A stretch of DNA of 64,000 bases. Origin: Eledone cirrhosa. Lineage: Eukaryota. This document shows, in pieces, positions 12,672-26,615 of the stretch. The translations under genes were made by a program, and so were the position numbers. Location: positions 80,972,001-81,036,000 of the forward strand of contig OZ024747.1 in assembly GCA_964016885.1 (NCBI GenBank), in the 5' to 3' direction. Position 1 is the stretch's first letter, and the number at the start of each line of letters is the position of its first letter. The notes below the pieces were generated by a model. The model did not search any database, was not told the origin of the DNA, and was given only the letters and a program-made list of their open reading frames with translations.

Positions 12672-15137
12672 ATACACATAAACACACACATACGTAAGTG
12701 CACACACATACATAAAGGCACACACATAAACATCACACATGCGCAGCACACATACACACCACACCCCACATACACACCACACATGCACACCACACATACA
12801 CACCACACATGCACACCACACATGCACACCACACCACACAGGCACACCACACCACACATACACATCACACATACACATCATACATACACACCACACATAC
12901 ACACCACACCAGACATACACACCACACATACACACCACACATACACACCACACATACACACCACACCACACTACACACCACACCACTCATACACACCACA
13001 CCACACATACACACCACATATACACACCACACATACACACCACACCACACATACACACCACACCACACTACACACCACACATACACACCACACATACACA
13101 CCACACATACACACCACACCACACATACACACCACACATACACACCACACATACACACCACACAACACCACACATACACACCACATCACACCACACATAC
13201 ACACCACATACACCACACCACACACACTACACCACACCACACCACACCATACACACCACACTACACCACACACCACACCACACACACCACACGCACCAAA
13301 CCACACTACACCACACACACCACACACCACACACACCGCACACCACACACACCGCACACCACACACACCGCACCACACCACACACACCACACCACACCAC
13401 ACACACCGCACACCACACACACCACACACACCACACACCACACACACCGCACACCACACACCACACCACACCACACCACACACACCACACACCACACACA
13501 CCACACACCACACACACCACACACACCACACACCACACACACCACACACCACACACACCACACCACACCACAACACACCACACCACACACACCACACCAC
13601 ACACACACCACACCACACCACACCACACACACCACATACACCACACCACACACACCACACATACACACCACCCACACCACACCACACACACCACACACAC
13701 CACAACACAACACACCACACACACCACACCACACACACACCACACCACACCACACCACACACACCACATACACCACACACACCACACACACCACACCACC
13801 CACACACACCACACACACCACACACACCACACACACCATACCACACCACACACACCACACCACACACACACCACCACACACACCACACACACCATACCAC
13901 ACCACACACACCACACACACCATACCACACCACACACACCACACCATACACACCACACCACACACACCACACACACCACACCAGACCATACACCACACCA
14001 TACCACACACACCACACCACACACACCACACCACACAACACCACACACACCACACCACACCACACACACCACACACACCACACACCACACACACCACACA
14101 CCACACACCACACACACCACACACACCACACTACACCACACCACACAACACCACACACACCACACCACACCACACACACCACACACACACCACACACACC
14201 ACACACACCACACACACCACACTCACCACACCACACAACACCACACACACCACACCACACCACACACACCACACACACCACACACAACACACACCACATC
14301 ACACCACACACACCACACCACACCATACCACACCACACCACACCACACACCACACCACACACCACACTACACCACACACACCACAACACAACACACCACA
14401 CACACCACACCACACACACACCACACACACCACACATCACACACACCACATACCACACACACCACACTACACCACACCACACACACCACACACACCACAC
14501 CACACACACCACACACACACCATACCACACACACCACACCACACACACCACACCAAACCCACCACACACACCACACCACACCCACCACACACACCACAAC
14601 ACACCACACCACACACACCACACCACACACACACCACACCGCAGCACACCACACACACCACATACACCACACACACCACACACACCACACCACCCACACC
14701 ACACCACACACACCACACCACACACACCTCACCACACACACCACACACACCACACCACACCAGACTACACACCACATACCACACACACCACACTACACCA
14801 CACCACACCCACCACACACCACACCACACCACACCACACACACCACACCACACACACCACACACACACCACACCACACACACCACACCACACACACCAAA
14901 CCACACCCACCACACACGCCACATGACACCACACATACCACACCACACACACCACACCCACCACACACACCACACCACACACACCACACCACACCACACA
15001 CACCACACCACACACACACACCACACCACACCATACCACACACACCACATACACCACACCACACACCACACCACACCACACCACACACACCACACCACAC
15101 CACACTACACAACACCACACACCACACCACACCACAC
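12672..15137. repeat. About 2.5 kb compound C/A satellite (CACAC, CACACAC, CACATACAC units)
   Basis: Directly visible; produces the spurious His/Thr/Pro and Val/Cys/Trp ORFs. Confidence 0.95.
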
Positions 15138-15913
15138 AAAAGAACTAATGAAAAAAATATTGCGATATGTAAAATTAAGAAAACCTTCATTTGAAAAAAA
15201 GCAAACAAATGTAAACCAGAATCACAGAACTCAAGAACCTTTTATTCTTACAAACTATTGGATCTACTGCTGCTGCTGTTGCTACTACTGCTGCTGCAGT
15301 GGCTGCTGCTGTTGTTGTTGTTGCTGCTGGTGCTGCTGCTATTATTTGGGTTTTCTCCTGTGCACAGAACATATAGGGGATCGGATTATAAAACTACAAC
15401 ATTTTGTTGACTACAAGATACAGAAGGATTTAACAGTAATGGAAGGCTTTTATCAGCTTTTTCTCACCAGTAACGAGGTAGATTAGTTTGGTAAAAGGTG
15501 ACAGAATACATTTAGGTGCTAGATAGAGATTAATATGTAAGAAGCTTACATTTTATATCCTTGTCAAGAACAAGAAGTGATCAAGATGAGACTTTAGCGG
15601 GGTTTATCTGTTCATTTAGAAGAGATTTCTTTCTGTCAATATAGAGATGTTGCGCGATTTTACAGAGAGCAGATGTAACAATTGGCAGACGCTCGAGCTG
15701 TATATTTCATCATAGTGCGAATTATATATATTGTATATGGTTTGAATACAGAGACCCCTTGACATAGCAAAACTATAGATTTCAACAACGAATTGATCTT
15801 TTACTTTATACAGAATCCCTTTGTTCGTTTGTTTAGTTTAAATTTGTAATTTGTTTTTTAATATTGTGGAGATATAAATTTGTTCAGAGAATAACGACGA
15901 TACGTATGTTCAT

Positions 15914-16086
15914 AATTGTTTCTACTTTTGGCACAAGGCCAGAAATTACTGGTACTTTATTTTATCGACCCCGTAAGGAGGAAAGGCAAAGTTAACCCCG
16001 ACGGGATTTGAACTCAGAATGGCAAGGACCGTAACTCTATGCGTCAAAGCATGGCGTCCGACCCTCTACCGATACTGCCAATCCAA
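15914..16086 (-). mobile_element. tRNA-derived SINE type 1, near full length; more copies 19880-20063(+), 32083-32267(-), 38128-38342(+), 46680-46830(-), 46970-47100(-), 53323-53513(+), 55303-55500(+)
   Basis: Head TGGCAGTATCGGTAGAG (A box), GAGTTCAAATCC (B box), conserved GCCTTTCATCCTTACGGGGTCGATAAAA core and the same 3' end in the copies. Confidence 0.85.
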
Positions 16087-16656
16087 TACGTATGTTCATA
16101 ATGATAGGTGTACATCTAAGTAAAGATAACAAATTAACTTTTCTATAGGAGAAAACAAAGAAGTCTGCATATAGTCAATGAATCGGAGGGTTCCCCTTTG
16201 TAAGAGTTAATAATATTCCAACTCTAAATAAGTGGTCGTACTTATTTCTATAAATTCTGCATAAATGCAAGCTAAACTTAGTTGGACTTGTAGTCATATC
16301 TAGTGGTGAACAAATTATTAGAACTCAATTAATGCTGTCTAATGTCATATTACTAATCTTATACACTTGATTTTATGAAAAATATCTTTCAGCCAGATAG
16401 TTGATGACACTAATTCTGATGTGATGTATTTCATGTTATGGTATTGGACTCTGTTGGATAAACATGAGCGGGAGGGAATGAGTAGATAAGCAAGATCTTT
16501 ATTGTGAAACTTTGTAGAATGGGTCACAGTAAAACGATGACAGGAGGTGGAATAATTGTGTGTGGGCCTAAATGGAAATCTGATAATTTGTGATATAATT
16601 TTGCAGTTCATTAGTTTCAAGGAACTATATTATGTAATAAACAATATAAGACAATT

Positions 16657-16731
16657 ATTCCATTTACCAAAGGTTTCACAAAGACAGACGAGCTTAACAC
16701 AGACGTCTGAAATCGCTCATCAGAATAAAAA
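16657..16731 (-). ncRNA. Type I hammerhead ribozyme candidate
   Basis: Minus strand: GTTTTATT CTGATGA [GCGA..AGACG..CGTCT..TTGT] GAA ACC TTT GGT A AATGGAAT. Three stems, intact core, GUA site. Confidence 0.7.
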
Positions 16732-17075
16732 CCACTTATAGTAGCGAGTAATGATAGAACATTATTTCATTTCTTTTAGATAATAAATTGTTGGAAGGTA
16801 TGACAATCGCAGTTTCTCATTATATGTACTATAAAATGCCGTTTTTATACCTAAGCAAGTATCATAAATAGTTTGCTTTGTTTGTTAGTTTTTTAATGTT
16901 TAATGTTGCTTGTTTGCAAACAGTAATTCGAGAATAATCATCGTTAAAATATACGAACACAAGCAAGAGATTGTATCGTCTTGGTATTGTAACTTATTTA
17001 GCCAAAGAAATAGAATACTTACTATATAGATCTAAAGTTTTTCTTTAATTAACTCTACTAGTATATATATATATA

Positions 17076-17985
<910 letters not shown>

Positions 17986-17986
<1 letters not shown>

Positions 17987-18202
17987 GTAGAACACTGGAA
18001 GGTAATATCCGTAGTGGTAGAGCACTCAGTCCATGGGACGAGTTAGGTAGAAGTGGTAACACAACAGTTAGTTCACCATACCGAGAACAATTGTTTCACC
18101 TTATGCGGATCTTCAGCTCGTACTGGTCATGGTCGAGCTGAAGATCCGCTAAGGTGAAACAATTGTTCTCGGTATGGTGAACTAACTGTTGTGTTACCAC
18201 TT
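17986..18202 (-). mobile_element. Fold-back element family B with a hammerhead motif in each arm
   Basis: About 70 bp arms (18051-18120 / 18134-18202), 13-nt loop and a unique tail 17986-18050. Arm reads CGAG CTGAAGA TCC..GGT GAA ACAATTGT T CTCG. Second copy at 53941-54190. Confidence 0.8.
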
Positions 18203-18234
18203 ATATATATATATATATGTATGTATATACACAC

Positions 18235-18340
<106 letters not shown>

Positions 18341-18853
18341 ATGCATGTACGAATGTGTGTGTTTGTGTATCTATGTATGTATATACATATATATACATAT
18401 ATTTGTGTGTATGTATATATACATACATATACATGTATATGTATATTTACAACAGATTATCTTCAAAGAATTTCGCAAATATTTGAGTTTTAATAATGTG
18501 AATCTTCATCGCGTTTCATTCTTAGATAGCATAACTTTCTATGACATAATCTGATGATGAATCCAGAGGTTTTATGGGAAGTTCAGAACAAATGAACCGC
18601 CAACCCATGATTCATTTATTAAGATATCTAAAATACCTCGCTCAACAAAGACTGCCAAGCACAAGTGCGCAATTGAAATAATTCATTAGTAACGTGATAT
18701 CAAAACTTATAGAACTCTTTGTTGGCTACCTCGATAAATATATTATTTGATTGGATGATATAATCAAGAAGACAATTTGATAGTTCATTTAATTTTCCTT
18801 AGGATAATGCCAAACAGACATATTATAGTTGCGAAACTTTATAGCCAAATACA

Positions 18854-18939
<86 letters not shown>

Positions 18940-19141
18940 CCAGTAAGGTCTTACTGGTTCCTATTACCCACTCTACTACCCTAAGTATTGAGTACTTTGG
19001 TGCGTTATGGTCCACCTGGTTCCTTACCACATTTCCTTCGTTATATATATATATATATATATATCCAGGAAGCTCCAACCGGTAAGGTTGCATTTTTTCA
19101 GGGTATGTCAATATTTATTTATAAAACTAATCTGTATTATA

Positions 19142-19200
19142 TTTTATCTGATGAAAGCCCACTATAATCTACCTTGGTGGCCCTTGAAATATGTATAATG
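19142..19200 (+). ncRNA. Hammerhead-like motif with imperfect stems I/III, in a TA-bounded element (about 19065-19247)
   Basis: CTGATGA AAG CCCAC..GTGG CC CTT GAA ATATGT A. The downstream end is related, in inverted orientation, to 32995-33032. Confidence 0.45.
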
Positions 19201-19430
19201 AAATAAATATGGTTTTATAAATATAGTTTCCATTTGTTAATATATTGTATATATATATATATATATTTTAACTTTAATTATATCTCATAAAATAATACAA
19301 CTGGCTTTCCACAAAATACATATAGTTAGCACCCCAAACATAAATTGGGTTTATACTAACATATAACCTAATGTTTGTTGAGTGAGATGGTTACCTGTCG
19401 GAGTTTAGCTTTAAGCTATCTCTGTTATTG

Positions 19431-19505
<75 letters not shown>

Positions 19506-19717
19506 TTGAAAAAAAATGAAAACGAAATTTCATTTCTCACTCTTAGTATGGCACTCAGTGTTGAACAAAAAGGTGACGTGGTTGCCTTAACACCGTATGG
19601 CATAAATTCAGGCTGTTCGGTTTGTTGACAAACAAACGAACAAAGCTGCGTTATAATAAACGTTGGCTAAACTGATGCGTGCATATATGTATGTGTACCT
19701 GTGTGCATGTATGTATA

Positions 19718-19795
<78 letters not shown>

Positions 19796-19847
19796 CATGC
19801 TACTGTACGTCTGTATACATATATGTATGTACGTATACATACATACT

Positions 19848-19883
<36 letters not shown>

Positions 19884-21263
19884 AATTGGCAGTATCGGTA
19901 GAGGGTCGGACGCCATGCTTTCCAGCATACTTACGTCCCTTTACGGTCTGAGTTCAAATCCCGTCGAGGTTAACTTTGCCTTTCATTCTTACGGGTCGAT
20001 AAAATAAAGTACCAGTAATGCACTGGTTAATTGCTGGCCTTGTGCCAAAAGTAGAAACAATTATATATATACATGCAGGTAAAACCTGTTTAGACCATTA
20101 CTCACCAGAGTACTCAATACTTGGAGTAGTAGAGTATGGTGATATGAAAGTGTCGGGAACCCGACGGCTGAGCTCTTACCGTTTCAATAGCTAGCTCCAG
20201 AACAGCTGTTGAAGCGGTAAGTCCCGATTCTTTCATATTATATATATGTAAAGAAAAGTCGGGTGAAGCACGAATTTTTTAACTTACTAAGCGTCGAGAA
20301 AATAAATTTGTAAGATGTAGGAATGTCAGAAATACACGTTAAATGCAGCTTGAGTTTGTTATTATAAAATAGCGTATAAAAATCATGTTGAGACACGGAA
20401 AAATGTATCGAACCCTGTATCAACAAGATAATGTTCTGAAAATTGAGCTATTTGACCCCTGACAACATCCTACTGTTTAAATAAAGAGCTGAATCCAGCA
20501 GCTTTTGAAAATATAAACATACGACGTGTGTGAAGCTCAAATTTTTGGACTTAGCAAGCAATACAAGAAATACATTTATATGACGTAAGAAGCTCTAGCG
20601 CAGAGAATAACTGCAATTACATTTAGTTGCTATAAAATAGTTGATAAAAGTCGTTCCTCATCACTTAGTGAGGTCGAAATTTCGACCTTCACACACGACA
20701 TTTGTTTATATTTTCCAAAGGTGTTTGATAGATTTTAATATAAGTAAAACCCATATAAAATAGATGATTTTATGTCATAGAATTAGAGGTGCGTTTGGAC
20801 GGATTGCTATCAAAAGGGTTAAGAATACTCGTGATCAACTCCACCCCTTACACTACAGTTCATGCGCAGGTATTTTAATTGATCAAGCAACTGAAATACT
20901 AATTATTGAAATCAACGTAAATCACTCAATATTTTATTCTATTTACCATGGGTGCTTCTGTTACTAAAATGTAAAACACCTTATGGAAATTATGTACGAT
21001 TCTGAAAAGCAAAGATATATAATTCTTCACTATTTATAGTTACACTATTGTCATCCATAAAGCTATATTGTTTAAAAGAATTCAATTCACAAAGAGAAGA
21101 CAAAGAAAAAGAAGACGAACGAAAACAAGGCTAAAGGAAAAAAATTTAAGGGGGTAACCTTAAATTTTTTTTTTATAAATAACAATGCCAGAAAATGAAA
21201 AACGAAACACTCAGGACTCCAAAGTCTTCAACCATTGAGATGGACTTAGGCAGTTTCGATCCC

Positions 21264-21326
<63 letters not shown>

Positions 21327-21328
<2 letters not shown>

Positions 21329-21515
21329 AACAAGTAAGACCCCGACGGATGAGCTCAAGCCGTTTCGACGGCTAATTCTGGACTGAATTAGCCGTCGAAA
21401 CGGCTTGAGCTCAGCCGTCGGGGTCTTACTTGTTCCTATTACCCACTCTACTACCCTAAGTATTGAGTACTTTGGTGCGTTATGGTCCACCTGGTTCCTT
21501 ACCACATTTCCTTCG

Positions 21516-21517
<2 letters not shown>
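21327..21517 (+). mobile_element. Fold-back element family A, best copy
   Basis: Near-perfect hairpin of about 52 bp per arm around loop TGGACT, then the family tail; long (TA)n on both sides. Confidence 0.8.
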
Positions 21518-21566
<49 letters not shown>

Positions 21567-21619
21567 GTATATATATATAATGTTAAACAATGAAACATAT
21601 TCTCGGCAGAGCTGTTCTG

Positions 21620-23630
21620 CTAGAGATAGTAAGTGGCGGATAGCAATACGGCCACCAGATATAATGGCTAGTTGCGACATAAGCGGCAACTTCCGGACGA
21701 ATAATCAACCTCGAACCAACAGCAGTAAACTACCTGGGGAGACGGAGCAATGGGTGATACCTGTAGCTCACAAGAACTCTCACAACCCAGTGATGTACCT
21801 ACGAGGAGAAAAGTAAAGTTTGCCCCTAAATACGCCTAGTCTTCGCAGGTTTGACAAAGTACCAGATTGGTGATTGGCGCGAATAAGACTACCAAAACTG
21901 AAACTGCAATATGATGAGTAAAAGAAAGAAAGACCATACCGCGCCGTCCTTTGTGAGGGTTAACAAGAGACCTGTCCAGGCTTTAGCTAGAGGGGCCCGT
22001 TGGAAAAATATATTACAATCTCTATTTCATGCCGCAAAAATTGGCGATGGGCCTGCGACCTGTCCTGGGAGGTATGGGATACACTCACAAAGATTGTGTA
22101 TCCCAAGACAACAAAGAAGGGAGAAAACCGTAACAGTTGGAACCTGGAACATCACAACCCTGACAAGTAAGGAGCAGGAACTAGTGGAGGAGGCTAGATG
22201 CTACAGGCTAGATAGAGTCGGGTTTCCTGAACAAAGTTCCGTAGCTCTGACCCTGTAGACTTTGACTGTGTGACACCATAAATGACTGCACAGGCGGGAG
22301 TTGGAATACTCACAAGCCCCCGGCTGTCAGAATGTATTATGGGCTGGATCCCGTTAGTAGAGAGAATTTGCTTCTTGAAGCTTAGGCTGAAAGATTGTGC
22401 ACTAAACAAGGAATCCGAATATAGGCCCTTCCTTCATGAAGTCACTGCAGTGCTAGATATTGTTAAGACTGAGTCATATATCCTGATGGGAAACTTCAAT
22501 GCATATGTTGGCACTGACCACCTGACATGGAAAGGGGTGATTGGAAGGAATGCCGATGCCGATCTAAATACAAACGGAGAGTCCTTGTTGGACTCCTGTT
22601 CCAGCAATAGACTCTCTATTATGAACACCTTCTTCCAGCACAGAGATATCCATAAATATACATGTTATAAGGGGAATCGGGGACAGAAATCAATAATTGA
22701 TTTAGTAATTGTCTCTGATCTCTTTGATTCTTTAGCAGTATTAGTTATAGATGTTATCGCCACTTTAGCAGGGTGGTAGAATCAGTGGTCGTTAGTTGCC
22801 AGTGTGGTAAGTGATAGTATCCTCGTTGGATTATCTTGTTGACATAGACGTGAGGGAAGGTCCCTCGATCTATTTACCATCTATTTACAATATTCCTTTT
22901 GTCAGGTCGCCAATTCCAGCAGCATGGATTAAAGATGTCATTGAGACACGAGTAACATAACAACGACTTCAACCGCAGTAATTAGAGATGAAATGTTTGT
23001 TTATTTATATGGTTGAAGTTACAGATAAAAAGAGGTTACAAAAGGGAATGTGCCATTGCGCCGTTAAGCCGGCGAGGCTAGGGGTGCAATATCTCACTGC
23101 TACATTATGCGTGTTGCTGGCTTGAAGTTTCCGGTACAAGAGCGAGATTCTTCAAATCTTCGCGGTGAATTTCTTCCTCAGGGCGCGTAGGGATACATCC
23201 TCTTCTACTGGCGCTGATTGGCTGAACTGAGCCAAATCACGCACAGAGAATGTATGTGAGCCCACGGAATGTAGGTCACTACAATTCTGTACTGGATGTA
23301 CGTGTTAAGCTTCAGCATTCGGATATCAGAAGAATGGAGGTAGGTCTAAAAACCAAACTTGGTATTTTCTATTCGATATTCGTGCCAACCCTTACCTTAC
23401 CTATAGTCATGAATCTTGGGTAATTACCGAAAGAATACGACTGCGAATACAAGTGGCAGAAATGGAGTTCCCCGAAAGGTTTTTTGGAGCAAGGTTATTC
23501 GATAAAGTCCGTAGCTCTGAGATCAGAGAGTCAATCCATGTAGAGCCACTACTTCTCCGAATTGAGAGACCACAGTTCCGTTAATATAAGTGGTTAGAAT
23601 GTCCCAAGAAAGAATCACATATAAGCTTAT
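21620..23630 (+). mobile_element. RTE-clade (Expander/Rex3-like) LINE remnant: APE endonuclease part and 3' part, separated by unrelated DNA at about 22723-23330
   Basis: VGTWNITTL..KEQELVEE, AGVGILTSP, LMGNFNAYVG, IMNTFFQHRDIHKYT, IIDLVIVS; resumes near 23340 with KTKL.IF.SIFVPTL..HESWVITERIRLRIQVAEM. Confidence 0.8.
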
Positions 23631-26388
23631 TCTTGTCTCAGTGCCATATGTTTAAATGCCACCGATGACAGAGAACATTACCAAAAGACGTGTCTGCATT
23701 TTTACTGGCTACTGAGATGATCAAAATGTAAAGCATTCATAGCGAGACTCTAGTATGTTTATTATACATAAACGTACCGTACATGCCTTCGTATACACTC
23801 CTATAACGAACCATACTGTTACTGATACTTCTAATATATATGTGTGTGTGAATGTGTGTGTGTGCGTTCGTAAATATATATGTGTATATAAATAAATAGA
23901 TATATGCAGCTACAGGACTAAAAATACAATCCGTTGGCTGTCTATATATATGCTATTTTCTGCAGGTGTGTGATTTATCGACAAAATAAATGTAAATTAG
24001 GCAGTAAATTTAGTCCCTGTCCATATGGTTCTAAAAATACATATTCCCTTTCAATGGGATTTCTAATGACAGGAGTGAGATCATAAAGGAAACCGTTTGT
24101 CGGGCAAAAACCAATCGAATTTATTAAAGTGAAACTACTAATGGATGCCGCCTTATATTAGTCGTAAGATTCTCTGAAATAAACCGGTCTCCATTTTAAT
24201 TACATGCGATTGCCGTGAACCAAATCAATAGAAAAACTTTATATTTTGTGTATATTTTTAGAGAGAAACTATTTTAACACAAATTTGATTGGTGTATCTC
24301 TTCGCTTCAAACAATAGTTAAGTCTATTAATATTTTTGTAAATTTGGTATTATTCAATGCGTCCTTCCATTCTTATTACAAAGCGGCGTGAATTTTGGCA
24401 AATTTAGAAATCGATATTCATTGAATTTCCTTTTCAGTTTTATACTGAGTTTGATGTCTCTAGAATTCCGTTTGCCGATTGATCTGTTTTTGCCAGTATT
24501 GCTACTATAGCGTTTCCTGTGTTTGTGTTAATGTTGATGATTAATAGACAAATCGACTATATTGCTCGTTATTTCACAGGAGATAGGTTGGCGTTTTCCC
24601 TTGAAAAGATTCTTCGGCGGTAGTGGAGGATTTCATTGGTCACATTTCTATCGGTTTCAACAATGTGTGTTCTAGATGCTCTATGAACGAAACGGCCGGC
24701 TCATGAATATAACATGAGGTTGGAATTTCCTCTTGAAAGAGTTCCTGAGTATTGGTCGAGGTTTCCCTAGTCTTCAATTAAATACATTTGGAATGGTCCT
24801 CTGTCACTTTAGATTATATTCGGTCAATGGAGCAGTTGTCTTGTAAACTTGGCGTGCAAGTGGCTGCCGTTCCACAATCAAAAGTACCCTTAATATAATT
24901 CTAGAAGAGATTCATGATGACACGGTGTGTGACAAGGTTGATCTTTTCAGACGGACTTTCATAAAGGTTCCATCTACCCAATTTCATTCACAAGACTTGA
25001 ATCGATCCGATGTTATGGTGAATCACTTTTGCTTAAGATGCCACGCAGTGAAATCGAATCCCAGACGTTATGATTTCAAAGCGAATTTCTTTAACTATTC
25101 AGCCATATTGCGTCCATATTGACTCAAGGTGGGCCACAGTTGAACCAAGTAAGGCCATGATGCTATGTTCATTATTGATGGGAGTCATTTTAACTTAAGA
25201 TTCATTGATTATGTGACTGTAAAAGACATTAACATCTCACGAGCTCATATACTCAACCAGCAATTTTCATGTATTGTACATGGTAAAAATATCAATATAT
25301 TTCTACTAGCTAGGCGGTACGTCGTGTCCTTGTGAAAGGCACAACATTCACGTTGCTTCAATCCTCTTAGACAAAACAAATGATTACCACCAGCAGCATT
25401 AGTAGCTGAGAGAGATGAAATGGGGGGGAGTTCTTGCACTCCCAGTTACCATTAGTAGCTGAGAGAGATGAGGGGGGTTTCTTGCACTCTAAGTCACTTG
25501 ACATCACGTGACACTCTCATAATCTTCGGTTTGATGAGCTTTTGAGCTCAAAAAGACTTCCAATCGACATGGATCTAAAATCATGACAAGCAAAACTGTG
25601 TTTAAGTTCGGCAAATATATCAACACTGAATAACTACTAATTCTTTACAAAACACAAATATGTATATAACTAAAAACCACAAATGGATTAATACTTCTTC
25701 CAAGTAAAAGTATTCTACTTAATATGTAATCCTTTAAACATGAATATTTCCAATATTAAATCACTTCTAGATATATCCTCACTTCACAACGACCACTATT
25801 GCAATCTGTAATTTGCTTACTTAATTTATGTCACCCTTTCCTTAAATATGTCGATGTAACTACCTCCTCTGTAAGTCACTTGATAGTGATTGTGTTTGAT
25901 GTCAACTATATGTAAGATGTGATATAGACTTTTAAACTGTAGTCAGCACATAGAGTTGTACTAAAGCCGCGACTCAGATCCTAGGCTGATTGAAACATTC
26001 GAAATTTTATTTGAAATGATAGAATTATTTAAACACAAATTACGTTAAGGAAATGACTCAATTATGCAATGTTCCAGATACGTATAAACTTGTTAACCAA
26101 TAATTTTGCATTCTAAGCTCACATTTCACCAAGAGGAATACATTGACAGGATCATGGAGCGTCGGAAGGACACCTTGCAATATTTATTTTTTTATGGACC
26201 TTTACGTTCTGAGCTCAAATCCTCCCGATTTAAATTTATTCCCCAGGGGATCAGTAGAAGAAGTACCAAACATGACTATTTCCCTTCTCCCCCCCCCCCA
26301 ATTTGCTCCAATATTATAAATGAACCCACACACACAATTAATCACTTATAATCCATTGCTTTATTTGTTCAAAATCTTTTGTCAAACA

Positions 26389-26615
26389 GGTTAGGATTTA
26401 GGGTTTAGGGTTAGGGTTAGTGTTAGGGTTTAGGGTATACTGTTAGGGTTAGGGTTTGGGGTTAGTGTTTATGGTTTAGGGTTAGGGCTAGGGTTTAGAT
26501 ATAGGGTTAGGATTAGTGTTTAGGATTAGGGATAGGGTTAGTGTTAGGGTTAGGGTTTACGGTTAGGGTCAGGGTTTAGGGTGAGGGTTAGATTTAGAGT
26601 TTAAGGTTAGGATTA
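26389..26615 (+). repeat. Degenerate interstitial telomere-type repeat (TTAGGG/TTTAGGG)
   Basis: Directly visible run of about 35 units with variants. Confidence 0.9.

Noticed and set aside
12437-15486. 700-900 aa His/Thr/Pro-rich and Val/Cys/Trp-rich ORFs
   Set aside because: Open in most frames on both strands because the CA satellite lacks stop codons; no coding evidence.
23950-24640. Additional host exons at polypyrimidine-AG sites (also near 4300, 9285, 33969)
   Set aside because: No sustained reading frame or recognisable protein similarity.
25525-25568. Further hammerhead-like traces (also 18551, 56576, 63004)
   Set aside because: Core bases are mutated or GAAA and stems are missing; too degenerate to call.
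26389-26615. True chromosome end
   Set aside because: Short, degenerate and flanked by ordinary sequence on both sides.
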